Virus record (IMG/VR): IMGVR_UViG_3300044619_000511
Coordinates: 1-57,088 of that record
Direction: 5' to 3' (one strand)
DNA from: a virus
Lineage: Duplodnaviria; Caudoviricetes
DNA length: 57,088 nucleotides
The stretch's first letter is position 1. Every line of letters begins with the position of its first letter. The notes beneath the pieces are model-generated. The model saw nothing but the letters and a program-made list of their open reading frames with translations. It did not search any database and was not told the DNA's origin. Of this stretch, positions 37,974 through 49,056 are shown one piece after another. The position numbers and the translations under genes are program-made.

Positions 37974-39604
37974 TGGCAATAACAGTTACAGTAAACCCAG
38001 TTATTCCTTCAGGAGATGGTGGCTATGAGCTACTGGCTAGATCTATCATGGCTGGTCAGGAGATTAAGAGGAAGAGAGAGGAGGAGATACAGAAGACTAT
38101 ACTAGCACAGCGTGATGCTAACCAAAAGCTATTTGGTAGTACTCAGGAAAATCTTAGAACCTTCTACAAGGATGCTGCTAACGTGCCTGCTGAAGTTAGA
38201 AATTCAATATTCAATCAAGGTGTACAAGAGTTAAAGGCCGCTGCTAACACACCAGAGTTTCAGGCAAAAGCTCAGGAGATAGCCAATAAGGCATTTCAAT
38301 TAAACAACACATATTCGTCATTCTATAAGGGAGTCGCAGATGCTAGTAAAGTATTAGCTGATGAGATGGGCATGGACCAAGCATCAATACTTTCATTCGC
38401 TAATAAATCAATATTTGAAGAGCAGAAGGATATGCAAGGTAATGTGACCGGGAGAAGCCTTAGAGATATTTCAAACATCGCAGATCCTGTTGCTTTTATA
38501 AGAGATGAGGTGATGGCGCATCCTGAGGTGTATACTAATAGGACCGCTATGGATACTGGCGCCTTCAAGGAAATGGATGATATGAGGAAGAAGGATGCTG
38601 ATATTAAAAGTGATTTAAAGATTGACCCAACAGGTAAGAAGACTTTATCATTAGGATATAATTATAAGCTTAGCCCATTTGAGAGTGAGGAAGAAAGAAC
38701 TGATAATGTTACTGGTTTAAAATATAAAGTACCTGTATTAAAAGAGGTTATTTCTACTATATCTATACCGGGTACTAAGGATTCTTATAAAGAATTAGAT
38801 CCAGTAAAGTATGAGCAGTTTGTCGGACAAGCTGGCCCAATGACAAAGAAGAAATTATATATCGGTGCTATTGATTATATAAGAGATCATAACGCTAAAG
38901 TGCTTGAGGCTGCAGGTGTGCCTAACGCTAAAGATGTGGCGCTTACAATCTCTAAGAACAATGTTAATATGTTTGACAAGATGCCCGGATTTATCAATCC
39001 CTTTAACTCTGCAAACATAGAAAGCTTTGAGCGTATTTATGCAAAGGATTTTTTAAGGCTTGCTAAGCAATATGATGAAAAGGGTGAGGCTAAAGAGTTT
39101 ACATTAAATAGAGGTGTTGATATAGCTAAGCCTCCAATCACTGTTAACATTGGAGATAAATCTGCTACTGGCCTTGAGTCTAAACCATATCACCCAACTA
39201 CAATCGTACAGGGTATTATTGAAAATAGAGGTGGTTTTAGAGGCGCAACAGTAAATGCAGAAGGGTTAAATATGTTTGATGTTACTGATGCATTTAGTTC
39301 ATATAAGCCTTTTAAGGTTGGCAGCTACCAACAAGCATATCAAAGAGTTCTTTATTCCCCAGAAAAGAATAGATTCTATTATAGCCTATCACCAACAGGT
39401 AAATTATTTAACCAGTCTCCTGATCAATTCCAATCTTCAATAATTCAGTCTGCCCCAGATCTTGGATTTAAAGCAGATCCAGAAATATTCAGATCACTTC
39501 CTAAAGCCACTCAGCCAGCAAAGACTATCACTGCTGATCAGTTTAAAAAGATGAACATTCAGCAGAGAACAGATTTTATTAATAGTGGCGGAGTTGTAAA
39601 ATAA
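37973..39604 (+). CDS. internal virion (ejection) protein
   Basis: 543 aa, position. Confidence 0.6.
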   Translation: MAITVTVNPVIPSGDGGYELLARSIMAGQEIKRKREEEIQKTILAQRDANQKLFGSTQENLRTFYKDAANVPAEVRNSIFNQGVQELKAAANTPEFQAKAQEIANKAFQLNNTYSSFYKGVADASKVLADEMGMDQASILSFANKSIFEEQKDMQGNVTGRSLRDISNIADPVAFIRDEVMAHPEVYTNRTAMDTGAFKEMDDMRKKDADIKSDLKIDPTGKKTLSLGYNYKLSPFESEEERTDNVTGLKYKVPVLKEVISTISIPGTKDSYKELDPVKYEQFVGQAGPMTKKKLYIGAIDYIRDHNAKVLEAAGVPNAKDVALTISKNNVNMFDKMPGFINPFNSANIESFERIYAKDFLRLAKQYDEKGEAKEFTLNRGVDIAKPPITVNIGDKSATGLESKPYHPTTIVQGIIENRGGFRGATVNAEGLNMFDVTDAFSSYKPFKVGSYQQAYQRVLYSPEKNRFYYSLSPTGKLFNQSPDQFQSSIIQSAPDLGFKADPEIFRSLPKATQPAKTITADQFKKMNIQQRTDFINSGGVVK

Positions 39605-39610
39605 TAACCA

Positions 39611-42600
39611 ATGCCAGATCCAATTAAAAGTTTATTCGAAGCCACGAAGTCTAAGAAGATATTTTTAGATGAGGCAGATTTTAAATCTCAATTGAGTAAA
39701 GATCCTCAAGGAGTTTTTAATGCAGTATCTGATAGTAAATTATTTCTTGACTTTGATGACTTTCAAAATACATTAGGCTTAAAAAAAAAAGATGGTACAG
39801 GGTTGTTGGAGACTACTGTGCAACCTACTGGAGAACCATCTGCTACTACTTCCCCATCACAATTACCATCAGTATCGGAGCCTCTAACAAAACTAAGAGG
39901 AGCTGATATAAAGGCTATCACGCCTAAAGCACAAGGCTTAGGTGTAGACCCAATTGCTCTATCTTCTGCTGTCAATGACTTTGAGGCTGATGATGATTTT
40001 ATTGTAAACAAGGCGAAAGAGTACCAAACAAATAAAGCAGAGTATGATAAAAGTAAGGCTGCATATAGATGGCGTAGCTTACTGAAAAGCTCAATGACTG
40101 CTAAAGGGTTGAGTGACGCCGATGCTGATATACAGCTTGATTATGTTACAAAGCTACAACAGCTCGATATCGATCCTAATACTGGTGAGAATATAAAAGC
40201 AAACTTTACAACTGCATTAGATCGTGTTAATAAGATTAGACAGGCGATTACAGATAATATACCAGACCAAGACGACAAGGCTGAAGCTCTAAGAGCTTTA
40301 CAGGTTGACTCATATGCAGCTATCTTTCAAGGAATGAAAGATCAAAATGTTGTAAACAATTGGGCTGCTACTGGTGGCGGTAATATGTTTATTGGCGCTG
40401 GTCTTGATGCTCTAAAGCTTACAGATCCTGAGAAGGCTAAATTTTTAGAAGAAAGAATAAATAATAAATATGCCCCTGAAGAGGATAAGCAGTTGTATAA
40501 AAAAGAGTTAGAAGATCTTGGCTTATCTGCAGTTGCATTTGAGATAGATAGAAACTTTAATAGGGTAAGCCAAAGCGGTGCAAAGCCATCAGAGAATTTT
40601 ATTAATAGTCTTTCTAATTGGAAGAACTTGGTTGAGAAGACCAAGCGTTCTCAGATGAATAGATATGGAGATGTATCTTCTGCAGATATTGATAAAATAT
40701 TATTTGATGTAACAGAGGGACTTGAGACACCATCCGCTAAAAAATCTATATACAATGTGGCTGTTGGTGCAACAGAATGGTTAGAGAGAGGTTTGTCTGG
40801 CATATGGGATTATGCAACTAAAAACAGAGAAGAAAGAATCGCTGCTGATATGAAGCGCGATCACTCTAAATATATGACTGATGAGATCCTAAACTATGGC
40901 GACGTTGGGTCTTCGATAAGAGAGGTAGACTATATACCTAAGATTACGAATGCAGATACTAAAAAGAAGATAGACGATATTATCGCTAATACAGAGTTGT
41001 CAAGAGACAAGAAATATGAAAGTGTTTATCCTTTAATTAAATCAGCATATCAGGAAGGCCAAATAGAGTTCTTCCCTAACCCTAATAAGGGGAATATTAA
41101 TCTTACATCAAAAAATGTATTACATCTCTTATCAACATCTGGGGCTAGATCTTTAGGGAATATTATCCCAACAATTGCTAGCGGTGGTGCAATACCTGCT
41201 CCGATTATAGCAGGTCTTGATGCTACTGCCATGAAATACGATGAGCAGTTCAGGGAAGGTGAAAATGATCCAGCAGGTAGAGCTATCAGAAGCGGTCTTA
41301 CTGTTGGTATTCTATCAAATATAATGGATGAAGGTGCTTCATTAGCTAAGGCTTTCAAGGGCGGCAATGTTACTCTTGCTACTGCAAGACCTACTACTAT
41401 CACAGCTATGAAGAAGGCCGGAGAAATGATGGCAAAGGAGCAAGTGGAAGAATTAGCAACTGAAGCTATAGATGGAGATGTGGTAAAGAACTGGAAGGAA
41501 GTAATGTTATCTACTGCAATTATAGCACCAGTATTCGCTGGTTCTACTGCAGTGATTGATAAGAGAAGGTCATCAGAGTTTTATCGACAGTTATGGTTTG
41601 AGGCTGGGACTAACCCGATGCTCGCTAAGTCTGGGTTAAAAGCTATGCTTGATGATGGAGGTATAAATTCTAAGCAATATGATGAAGCAGTAAAAAGGGT
41701 AGACCAGATATCAAACATTGTGGCTAACATGCCTAAGGTTGATATGAATGGTAATCCTCTTAGTGATAGCCAGAAGGCTTTATATGCTGATAACTTAATG
41801 AAGCAATATGAAGCTAAGAACTTACCTGATACTTTGCCAAGTAAAATGGTTGACAGTATAAAGGAGGTAGCTAAGAAGGCTGATGATGAGAATGCGGTTA
41901 TACTGGAAGGCGCTGAACCTGTAAAGATGCCTGCCATACAGGTTGATAAGCCTGTGATAGAGACTAATACTTTAGCAGAGGTAGATAGGGTTAAGTCATT
42001 AGCGCCTGAGGTAGAGGATGGCGCGACGTTTGATCTAGATGGTAAGAAGTATGAAGGTAAGGGATTAATCATACCAGTGCTATCCGAGAATACTACCATA
42101 GAAGAACTGACTCCAAAGAAGATAGCTGACTTTATAGAGGCTAATAAAGCTAAGCTCGGTGGATCCACCAAAGCTGGTATATATAAGTTCCCTAATTCCA
42201 ATAAAGTATCTATCGATTTAAATATCGTAGTAGATCCAAAGTATAGAGGTATAGGATTAGAGTTCGGTAGAAATGCTGGTCAGGAATCATTATTTGATTT
42301 GGGTACATTTGAGAATGTAAAGACTGGTGCTGACGGTAAGAACCCAATGCAGTTTAGTGATGAGCAGTTTAGCGAAATTAGTAAGGCATTATCTGAGGGT
42401 AAGATGCCTAATGTGTTTGGCGGGGAATCTACAATAGAGGAGAGATTAGGCGATGAGGTTAAGGGCGATGTTGATCAGAAGGTGCAGATGGCACAGAATG
42501 CACTACAAGCAACTGGTGTAAAGATTAATATGATTGACAATACAGCTGACTTTGAAGCGGCTGTAGCTGAGCGTAAAGGTCCTGCTGGTGTTGAGGGGGT

Positions 42601-45600
42601 ATTCCTTTCTGATACTGGTGAGATACTTATTAATAAAGAATTACTTGCTAAGGGTATTGCCGATGGCCGTGTAGTATGGCATGAGGCTTCGCACCCTGTG
42701 ATTAATATTGTAAGGAACACGAACTCCCCGCTTTTCGATAAGGTGATTGCGGGCATGAAAGAGGCTGCTAAGACAGATAAAGCTGTTGATGCAGTTCTAA
42801 ATTGGTCCAATGATAACTATGGTGTAGAGGGCGAAGGAGTGGTAAACGATGAAGCGGTTGTAGAGATGATCGCCAATATCTCTGAAGGTACTATTGATAT
42901 TACAAAACTACCTACTGGATTCAAACAGTCAGTGATAGACTTTGTGAATAGTATTGCTAAGGCATTAGGGTTTAATCCTGTGTTATCTGATACTGATGTG
43001 GCTGCCTTTAAGAATTTGGTTACCCAGATTTCAGATGCACTTACCACTGGTCGTGATATATCAGAGGTTGTTGGCGCAGAGAATGTAAAAGAATATTTAA
43101 ATACTGTTCAGGCGCCCGGAGTTGTAACTGGAGGTGAGTTTAAGATTCAAGCAAGAACTACAGATCAACCAGCTATTAACGTATATGAATCAAAAGATAT
43201 TGAAAAATTAAACCAGCGTTCGATAGAAGATGTTTATAATAATTATGATGGTAAAGCTGTCGTGATTAATTCAGACCCAACAAGAGTTGGTGAATTGATT
43301 TTACCGTCAGGCAAGAAAGTGTTTATGTATGGCGGCCCGGCATACTTATCTATTAAAGATAATGTAGCATCTAACGTAGGTTTTGCTACCACACAAATTA
43401 GCAAGGTTAACACTTGGATGAAGTATGTAAAAGATGTATTTGGTAATAATCCCGGTGTTACACTAGTAGCATCTCAAGCTCCTACTTCAATACTTAGTAA
43501 CTCATATGCTTTGCGTTATGTGATGGATGGAATATCTATGTTGCCAAAATCTGTTCTTAAATCTTCTGATTTTAAAAATGAATTCTTTGGTAAGGACCTT
43601 GTTTTATTAAAAGATGCATTTGGTGAAAAGGCATATAACGAGTTTGTAAACAAGTATAAAAAAGCAGATTTATCTGATCCTAAGGTTATTGATGAGATGA
43701 TTGCAGAGATGGCGTATAAGGTTGGAGATGATAATAAGCCTGCTAGTTTTAAGGCTCGCGGTGCATTTGTTGCAAATCTATTAGGTGGCATAGCTCCTAA
43801 GTCTGCGCTGAAAGGTGTAGAAGGGGATATTGGTTATGTGTCTAAAAAACCTAACAAGTTCATTTCTAAGCAATTGATGGATCGTCTTGGTATTAACGCC
43901 GAGAAGGTGATGAGAGAAATTGGAGAGCCATCGCTGGTAGACCTATATATGAACGATGGGAAGTGGGGATTTGCAGTTGCTGGGTTTGAGACTGATCCTA
44001 ACATGAATGTTGAATCAGTACAACAAGGCGGTGTTAAGCACCCATTATTTAATGCTAAGTTCCCCGGCAAGAATGCTTTTATATTAGATGGCGCTTATGA
44101 ACTAAATAAAATGTTTACGCCGGTTGAAATCACTGGACCTTCTGGTAAGCCATACACTAAGACAGCAGCACAAATGCTAGCTGGTAGTATGTATGTAAAG
44201 GGAGAGCCACTTGCGGAAGGAGGTTCATTTGAATATGTACGTACAACACCGGCTGGTAGAAGAATACAAGCTTCTCGTGGCCGTCGTGATCTAGATGCTA
44301 AGTTAAAAGCATTCGCTCAGAAAGAGCGCGAGCTCGGGAGCACAGATCAGGAGATCGAACAGGCTATCCGCAACCGTTTCCCGCTAATGGATAAGGCACG
44401 TATCGATGAGATCATGGTGCCAGTTACTGTAGCACAGCCAACCGTAGGGGAAAAGCTAGAGACTGTAGTACAGCCAGAGGGCGAGGAGAAGGTAAGAGGC
44501 ATGGAGAAAAGACTGGGAGATCTGGATGAGGATACATATAATAAAATAGTAGACGAGTCTAAGACCTACTTTAGCCAGCCCAATAAGCAGACAGAGAAAG
44601 CTGCTGAGGAGTTTATGAAGGGGAAGTCACTAGAGTATATGGCTGAGTTTGTTACCTCTAATCCTAACATCCCCGGAGCCGTCAATGTTTGGATGGCTGC
44701 GATGACTGCTAAGAAATTAGGGACAGAGATTGATGCAGCTAAGAAGGCTGGTGATGTTGATAAGGTGGAAATGTTATCCGCTGCCCGTGCTAATATCTAC
44801 AACCACTTCTCAGCTAAGGCTACTGAACTCGGTCAGACTGTACAGGCTTTCGTATCATTCAAGAACGATCCTGCTGCTAACCAGTTCATATTCAATAAGA
44901 TACTGAAGCAGCTGGAAGAGAAAGGTGTTACTGGGTTAACCGATTCGCAGAAGGCGGAGATTAAAAAGATGTTGGATGATGTGTCGACTGCTGCTGCTGG
45001 ATTGCCTAAGGATATGGCAATCACTAAGCTATCACACTATCTTGGTAAGCTTACGCCGATCAGTGCGTTTGATATTATGCAGGCGATGTGGTATGCAAAG
45101 ATTCTATCTGGTATTACTACACAGTCTAAGAACTTCTTTGCCAACATGGTCAATACATTTGTAGAGGTACCAGTGGTTGCGATGAGAATGTCTGTTCAAA
45201 CAGGAAGTCTACAGCCTATATTCTATGCAATGAAAGGATTAGGTGGTGGTGCTATTAAGGGATTAGTAAAGGCTGGCGATATCCTGAAGTCTGGTGTTAC
45301 TTCAAAGGCTGAAGATAAGTTCTTCAATAATGATAACTTACTAGAGTATTTCACTTGGTCTGATACTAAGATTGGTAAAGGCTTGGGTGGTGCAGTGGGT
45401 AAGATATTAGACTTCCCTCTGTTGTTTGAGACAAGCCCCCGAGCCCTCAAGTTTGTAGGACGCTCTCTGACTGCATCCGATGCCCTATTCTCAACAGCTA
45501 ACCAAGAGGCGGCTGCTAACATGTTAGCATTTGCTCAAGCGAAGCAAGAGGGTTTAAAGGGTAATGTATACAATAGAGTACAGCAGATCCTTAATAATAC

Positions 45601-46966
45601 TAAGCAATCTGTAGTAGATGCAAAGGCACAGGCTACTGGGGAAGGATTCAAACCCGGTACAGTTCAGCATAAGAGAAGGATGATAGAACTTGTGAATCAA
45701 AATAGAGGTGAGGAGATTGTTACTAAGGCTGAGGAGATGGGGAAGCGCGCAACACTTACTAATGAGCCAGAAGGTTTTACTAGAGGTATTTATATGATGG
45801 CAACTAAGATACAGGAGACTATGCCGATATCAAAAGTAATGATACCGTTTACACGTATCGTTGCTAACGTATCAGAGATGATGATTAACTTCTCTCCTGC
45901 TGGTACATATCGTGCAGTGACTGGTATTAAGAACCCTAAGTTTAGTTTTAAGTTTACGCCAAGTGGTGACAATAAATTAACTAACGATCAGCGAGCTGAC
46001 TTGTTTATTAAATCTATGATCGGTATCACAGCCTTAACCGTTCTTGCTAATAACATTGGTGATGATGAGGATGACTGGTTTGATATCACAGCTGGTGGAC
46101 CTACAGACTTTGCTAAGAAATATGAGTTAATGAAGGGTGGCTGGAGACCATATACAATCACATTCAAAGATGGTACTAAAATAAACTATGCTGAATGGCC
46201 TGTGGCTGGAGCATTATCTGCACTTGGTACTGTGTTAGATGTTGATAGATATGGTAATGTAGAAGACCCAGAGTGGATAGACAAGATGGTTATTGGTGCT
46301 GCTGGTTACATGTCTTCTATATATGATAAGTCACTACTAAAAGGTATCTCCGACTTCGTAGATATATTTAGACCAACTGGAAAGTATGGGGCTGGATCTG
46401 ATGACTTTATAAAAAGAACAGTAGAGAATACTACCAAGTTCGGAGCACAGCAAGCTAAAGCGTTGACGCTATCTAACTTCTCACAGCAGGCATTAAAACT
46501 TACTGACGAATACAAAGATAATCCTATTAGGGAAGCAAAGGGGGCTGAGGTATTCTATAGAGATATCCCAATTATTAATGATGGATTAAATCCGATTGTG
46601 GATGTGTTCGGAGATCCTGTTACCTATGCAACTACAGAAAGATTGCTACCTTGGATGAGTGTTAGTGATGAGAAAAAAGATCAGGTGCTTGCCTATCTAA
46701 ATCGCAATAACGTATTTGTTGGTATGGCTAAGGAAAAGCCAATGATTAATTTAGACAATGGCGAGGAGAGAAAGATGACACGCCAAGAGTTATATGAGTA
46801 TAGAAAGCTTGCAGGTAAATATACTAAAGAGTTCCTGTATGAAAATATCTCTACGTTGAAAGATATTAATGCAATGGAGAACGGCAAGGAGATGATGAAA
46901 CAAGTAGTAGCAGACTTTACTTCTGCTGCAAGAGATAGAGCTTATGCGGAAATATTAATTAAATAA
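39611..46966 (+). CDS. giant internal virion protein
   Basis: 2451 aa; zincin-like WHEASH motif near 42680; helical C-terminal region. Confidence 0.75.
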   Translation: MPDPIKSLFEATKSKKIFLDEADFKSQLSKDPQGVFNAVSDSKLFLDFDDFQNTLGLKKKDGTGLLETTVQPTGEPSATTSPSQLPSVSEPLTKLRGADIKAITPKAQGLGVDPIALSSAVNDFEADDDFIVNKAKEYQTNKAEYDKSKAAYRWRSLLKSSMTAKGLSDADADIQLDYVTKLQQLDIDPNTGENIKANFTTALDRVNKIRQAITDNIPDQDDKAEALRALQVDSYAAIFQGMKDQNVVNNWAATGGGNMFIGAGLDALKLTDPEKAKFLEERINNKYAPEEDKQLYKKELEDLGLSAVAFEIDRNFNRVSQSGAKPSENFINSLSNWKNLVEKTKRSQMNRYGDVSSADIDKILFDVTEGLETPSAKKSIYNVAVGATEWLERGLSGIWDYATKNREERIAADMKRDHSKYMTDEILNYGDVGSSIREVDYIPKITNADTKKKIDDIIANTELSRDKKYESVYPLIKSAYQEGQIEFFPNPNKGNINLTSKNVLHLLSTSGARSLGNIIPTIASGGAIPAPIIAGLDATAMKYDEQFREGENDPAGRAIRSGLTVGILSNIMDEGASLAKAFKGGNVTLATARPTTITAMKKAGEMMAKEQVEELATEAIDGDVVKNWKEVMLSTAIIAPVFAGSTAVIDKRRSSEFYRQLWFEAGTNPMLAKSGLKAMLDDGGINSKQYDEAVKRVDQISNIVANMPKVDMNGNPLSDSQKALYADNLMKQYEAKNLPDTLPSKMVDSIKEVAKKADDENAVILEGAEPVKMPAIQVDKPVIETNTLAEVDRVKSLAPEVEDGATFDLDGKKYEGKGLIIPVLSENTTIEELTPKKIADFIEANKAKLGGSTKAGIYKFPNSNKVSIDLNIVVDPKYRGIGLEFGRNAGQESLFDLGTFENVKTGADGKNPMQFSDEQFSEISKALSEGKMPNVFGGESTIEERLGDEVKGDVDQKVQMAQNALQATGVKINMIDNTADFEAAVAERKGPAGVEGVFLSDTGEILINKELLAKGIADGRVVWHEASHPVINIVRNTNSPLFDKVIAGMKEAAKTDKAVDAVLNWSNDNYGVEGEGVVNDEAVVEMIANISEGTIDITKLPTGFKQSVIDFVNSIAKALGFNPVLSDTDVAAFKNLVTQISDALTTGRDISEVVGAENVKEYLNTVQAPGVVTGGEFKIQARTTDQPAINVYESKDIEKLNQRSIEDVYNNYDGKAVVINSDPTRVGELILPSGKKVFMYGGPAYLSIKDNVASNVGFATTQISKVNTWMKYVKDVFGNNPGVTLVASQAPTSILSNSYALRYVMDGISMLPKSVLKSSDFKNEFFGKDLVLLKDAFGEKAYNEFVNKYKKADLSDPKVIDEMIAEMAYKVGDDNKPASFKARGAFVANLLGGIAPKSALKGVEGDIGYVSKKPNKFISKQLMDRLGINAEKVMREIGEPSLVDLYMNDGKWGFAVAGFETDPNMNVESVQQGGVKHPLFNAKFPGKNAFILDGAYELNKMFTPVEITGPSGKPYTKTAAQMLAGSMYVKGEPLAEGGSFEYVRTTPAGRRIQASRGRRDLDAKLKAFAQKERELGSTDQEIEQAIRNRFPLMDKARIDEIMVPVTVAQPTVGEKLETVVQPEGEEKVRGMEKRLGDLDEDTYNKIVDESKTYFSQPNKQTEKAAEEFMKGKSLEYMAEFVTSNPNIPGAVNVWMAAMTAKKLGTEIDAAKKAGDVDKVEMLSAARANIYNHFSAKATELGQTVQAFVSFKNDPAANQFIFNKILKQLEEKGVTGLTDSQKAEIKKMLDDVSTAAAGLPKDMAITKLSHYLGKLTPISAFDIMQAMWYAKILSGITTQSKNFFANMVNTFVEVPVVAMRMSVQTGSLQPIFYAMKGLGGGAIKGLVKAGDILKSGVTSKAEDKFFNNDNLLEYFTWSDTKIGKGLGGAVGKILDFPLLFETSPRALKFVGRSLTASDALFSTANQEAAANMLAFAQAKQEGLKGNVYNRVQQILNNTKQSVVDAKAQATGEGFKPGTVQHKRRMIELVNQNRGEEIVTKAEEMGKRATLTNEPEGFTRGIYMMATKIQETMPISKVMIPFTRIVANVSEMMINFSPAGTYRAVTGIKNPKFSFKFTPSGDNKLTNDQRADLFIKSMIGITALTVLANNIGDDEDDWFDITAGGPTDFAKKYELMKGGWRPYTITFKDGTKINYAEWPVAGALSALGTVLDVDRYGNVEDPEWIDKMVIGAAGYMSSIYDKSLLKGISDFVDIFRPTGKYGAGSDDFIKRTVENTTKFGAQQAKALTLSNFSQQALKLTDEYKDNPIREAKGAEVFYRDIPIINDGLNPIVDVFGDPVTYATTERLLPWMSVSDEKKDQVLAYLNRNNVFVGMAKEKPMINLDNGEERKMTRQELYEYRKLAGKYTKEFLYENISTLKDINAMENGKEMMKQVVADFTSAARDRAYAEILIK

Positions 46967-46967
46967 T

Positions 46968-47432
46968 ATGCAGATATCTAAACATCTATCACTGGCTGAA
47001 GTTAGCCGTAGTGAGACAGCAAAGAGAAGAGGAATCAACAACACACCGAGCGGTGAGCATCTAGAAAATTTTAAAAAGCTGGCGGAGAATATCTTCGAGC
47101 CCATCCGTGAGCACTTCGGTGTACCTATCCACATCAGCTCTGGATACAGAAGCAAGGAGTTGAATAGCGCTATAGGTGGATCTGCAACGTCTCAGCACTG
47201 CAGCGGTGAGGCTATCGATATCGATATGGACGGATCTGCTAGTGGTGTAACTAACGCTCAGGTATTTAATTTCATTAAGGATAACCTACAGTTCGATCAG
47301 CTTATCTGGGAGTTCGGGAGTAACAGCAACCCAGACTGGGTGCATGTTAGCTATGAGACTACGGGTAAACAAAGAAAGCAAATATTAAAGGCGGTAAAAT
47401 CAAACGGTAAAACAGCATATGAAAAGTATTAA
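46968..47432 (+). CDS. endolysin, peptidase M15 family
   Basis: SSGYRS...SQHCSGEAIDI...WVHVS. Confidence 0.9.
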   Translation: MQISKHLSLAEVSRSETAKRRGINNTPSGEHLENFKKLAENIFEPIREHFGVPIHISSGYRSKELNSAIGGSATSQHCSGEAIDIDMDGSASGVTNAQVFNFIKDNLQFDQLIWEFGSNSNPDWVHVSYETTGKQRKQILKAVKSNGKTAYEKY

Positions 47433-47691
47433 GAAGTTCTTCGCTGATCTATTCAACGACAGCAATACTATTAACGAGAAGGCAGTGGTTGGATTTATTG
47501 CTTTTGTAATGATGGTAATCACACTAGTGACTGATCTAGTTACTGGAGTAATGGGTAAGAATATGCCCATCCATCAGTTTATATTCGATGGGTTTATGGT
47601 AATTGTCCTTGGCGCTTTTGGTATAGCATCTATTGATAAGTGGATTAATAAAACTAAGGGTGGTTCTAATAGCGAACAGTCTGATAATTAA
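47419..47691 (+). CDS. putative holin
   Basis: Two TM segments, adjacent to endolysin. Confidence 0.65.
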   Translation: MKSIKKFFADLFNDSNTINEKAVVGFIAFVMMVITLVTDLVTGVMGKNMPIHQFIFDGFMVIVLGAFGIASIDKWINKTKGGSNSEQSDN

Positions 47692-47703
47692 TATCTTTGC
47701 ACT

Positions 47704-48561
47704 ATGAGTTTACTAGATGTTATGAATGGAAAGCCAAACCCAGAGAAGGGGTTGGTAAGAAAGTACGCCACGAGCCCGCTGCCTAAGGGTAAGGGGAAGA
47801 CGCTGGCTGATCTGTCAAAAGAAATTGGTAAACAGTTGGGTATCAACCCTAACATGCTGGCTTCCAGCTCTTTAGTAGAGGGCGCTAATATATTATTCGA
47901 TACTAAGGCTGGGGGTGAATCATCTGCCTATGAGATTGCTGCAGAGGGTGGTATGGTGGATCGTAGTAAGTACCCAATTGATGCATTCCTTCTTGCTGGT
48001 CTAGATAACTTTGGAACCATGGCTAACAAGCTAAAGAGCAAAGGATATCTGCCAAAGGACGTTGACTATCAAGTTTACCCAGCGTGGAATGAGCAGACAG
48101 AAAAGAGCATCGCAAAGTTTGACAGATCGGGGAACATAACAGAATACTTCATGCCTAAGGATATAGTAGACAAGGCATACTTCGGTACTGGCAAGGAAAG
48201 ACAAGCTGCTGTACAAAGTATTAATAGCAAGTTAAAATCCAAGGGAATCGAGCCCGTTCAGACCGTGGCATTTACAAATAGTGAGGACATGATTAGGGCT
48301 AAGGGCGCCTATCTCAGAGAGCTACAGGATGAAACACTAGCCTATGCAAAGAAGAAGGGCATAACCCCAAAGGGCGAGGAGCTAGACTATCTTGTTATGT
48401 CTGCTTACAATGGTGGTGCCGGTGCTATGCAAGAGCTAGTGGATCAGATCAAGGCTGGTGAGAAAGAGGTTACTAAGAAGGGTGGGAAGAGACAGCAGGT
48501 ACACCAGAATGTATCCAAGCGTATTGGCTATATGGGTTACATGTCTGATCTATTCCAGTAA
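47704..48561 (+). CDS. lysozyme/SLT-like fold protein
   Basis: GINPNML.....E, AKGAYL, SAYNGG motifs. Confidence 0.5.
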   Translation: MSLLDVMNGKPNPEKGLVRKYATSPLPKGKGKTLADLSKEIGKQLGINPNMLASSSLVEGANILFDTKAGGESSAYEIAAEGGMVDRSKYPIDAFLLAGLDNFGTMANKLKSKGYLPKDVDYQVYPAWNEQTEKSIAKFDRSGNITEYFMPKDIVDKAYFGTGKERQAAVQSINSKLKSKGIEPVQTVAFTNSEDMIRAKGAYLRELQDETLAYAKKKGITPKGEELDYLVMSAYNGGAGAMQELVDQIKAGEKEVTKKGGKRQQVHQNVSKRIGYMGYMSDLFQ

Positions 48562-49056
48562 TTATTCGGCGAACCACACCGTAGACACTCCCTTATATAT
48601 ACTAACGCCCATGCGTTTAAATGGCTTTGGCCATCCATTCTCAAGTATTACATTCTTATGTGGCTTTGAGTTGACCCAGAGGTCTAGCAATTCGTCTGGT
48701 GTCATTTGTAGTTTCTTATCCCAGTTCATTGCTGCTATCTCGTAGGCGTACACATTCATCCCCAGTAGTTCTTTGGGCTTATTGTACATGATTCCCCACT
48801 TATCATTCTTCCCCTCTGGTATACATCCTCCTGTCCATCTTGTGCTATACGACCAAGTATGTAGGCTGCACGGGTCCTTGATATCGAAGTGAAAGAATAG
48901 GTCTATGCTGTGTGTCTCTGCTACATATGATAGGGAGTCTGAGTACTGGAGTGCAGTCTTACCGTTCTTGATTCTGTACTCGTTGATCTTATTGAACAGG
49001 TTTACTTCCTGTGGTTCTCTTTCGTGTAAGAATAAAAATATTAGTGGTAGTATCAT
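48562..49056 (-). CDS. CAP/SCP domain protein
   Basis: INEYR...L...A..HS.D...WVNSKPHKNVIL...GV; hydrophobic N-terminus. Confidence 0.85.
   Translation of the reverse strand: MILPLIFLFLHEREPQEVNLFNKINEYRIKNGKTALQYSDSLSYVAETHSIDLFFHFDIKDPCSLHTWSYSTRWTGGCIPEGKNDKWGIMYNKPKELLGMNVYAYEIAAMNWDKKLQMTPDELLDLWVNSKPHKNVILENGWPKPFKRMGVSIYKGVSTVWFAE

Noticed and set aside
40110-40135. DADAD in the giant protein as an RNA polymerase catalytic motif
   Set aside because: Lies in a helical N-terminal context without the surrounding polymerase motif
11752-46887. Many minus-strand ORFs inside late genes
   Set aside because: Antisense shadows of long coding sequences
5804-48561. Stop-codon reassignment as in some crAss-like phages
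   Set aside because: Long genes are intact in the standard code and no suppressor tRNA is visible
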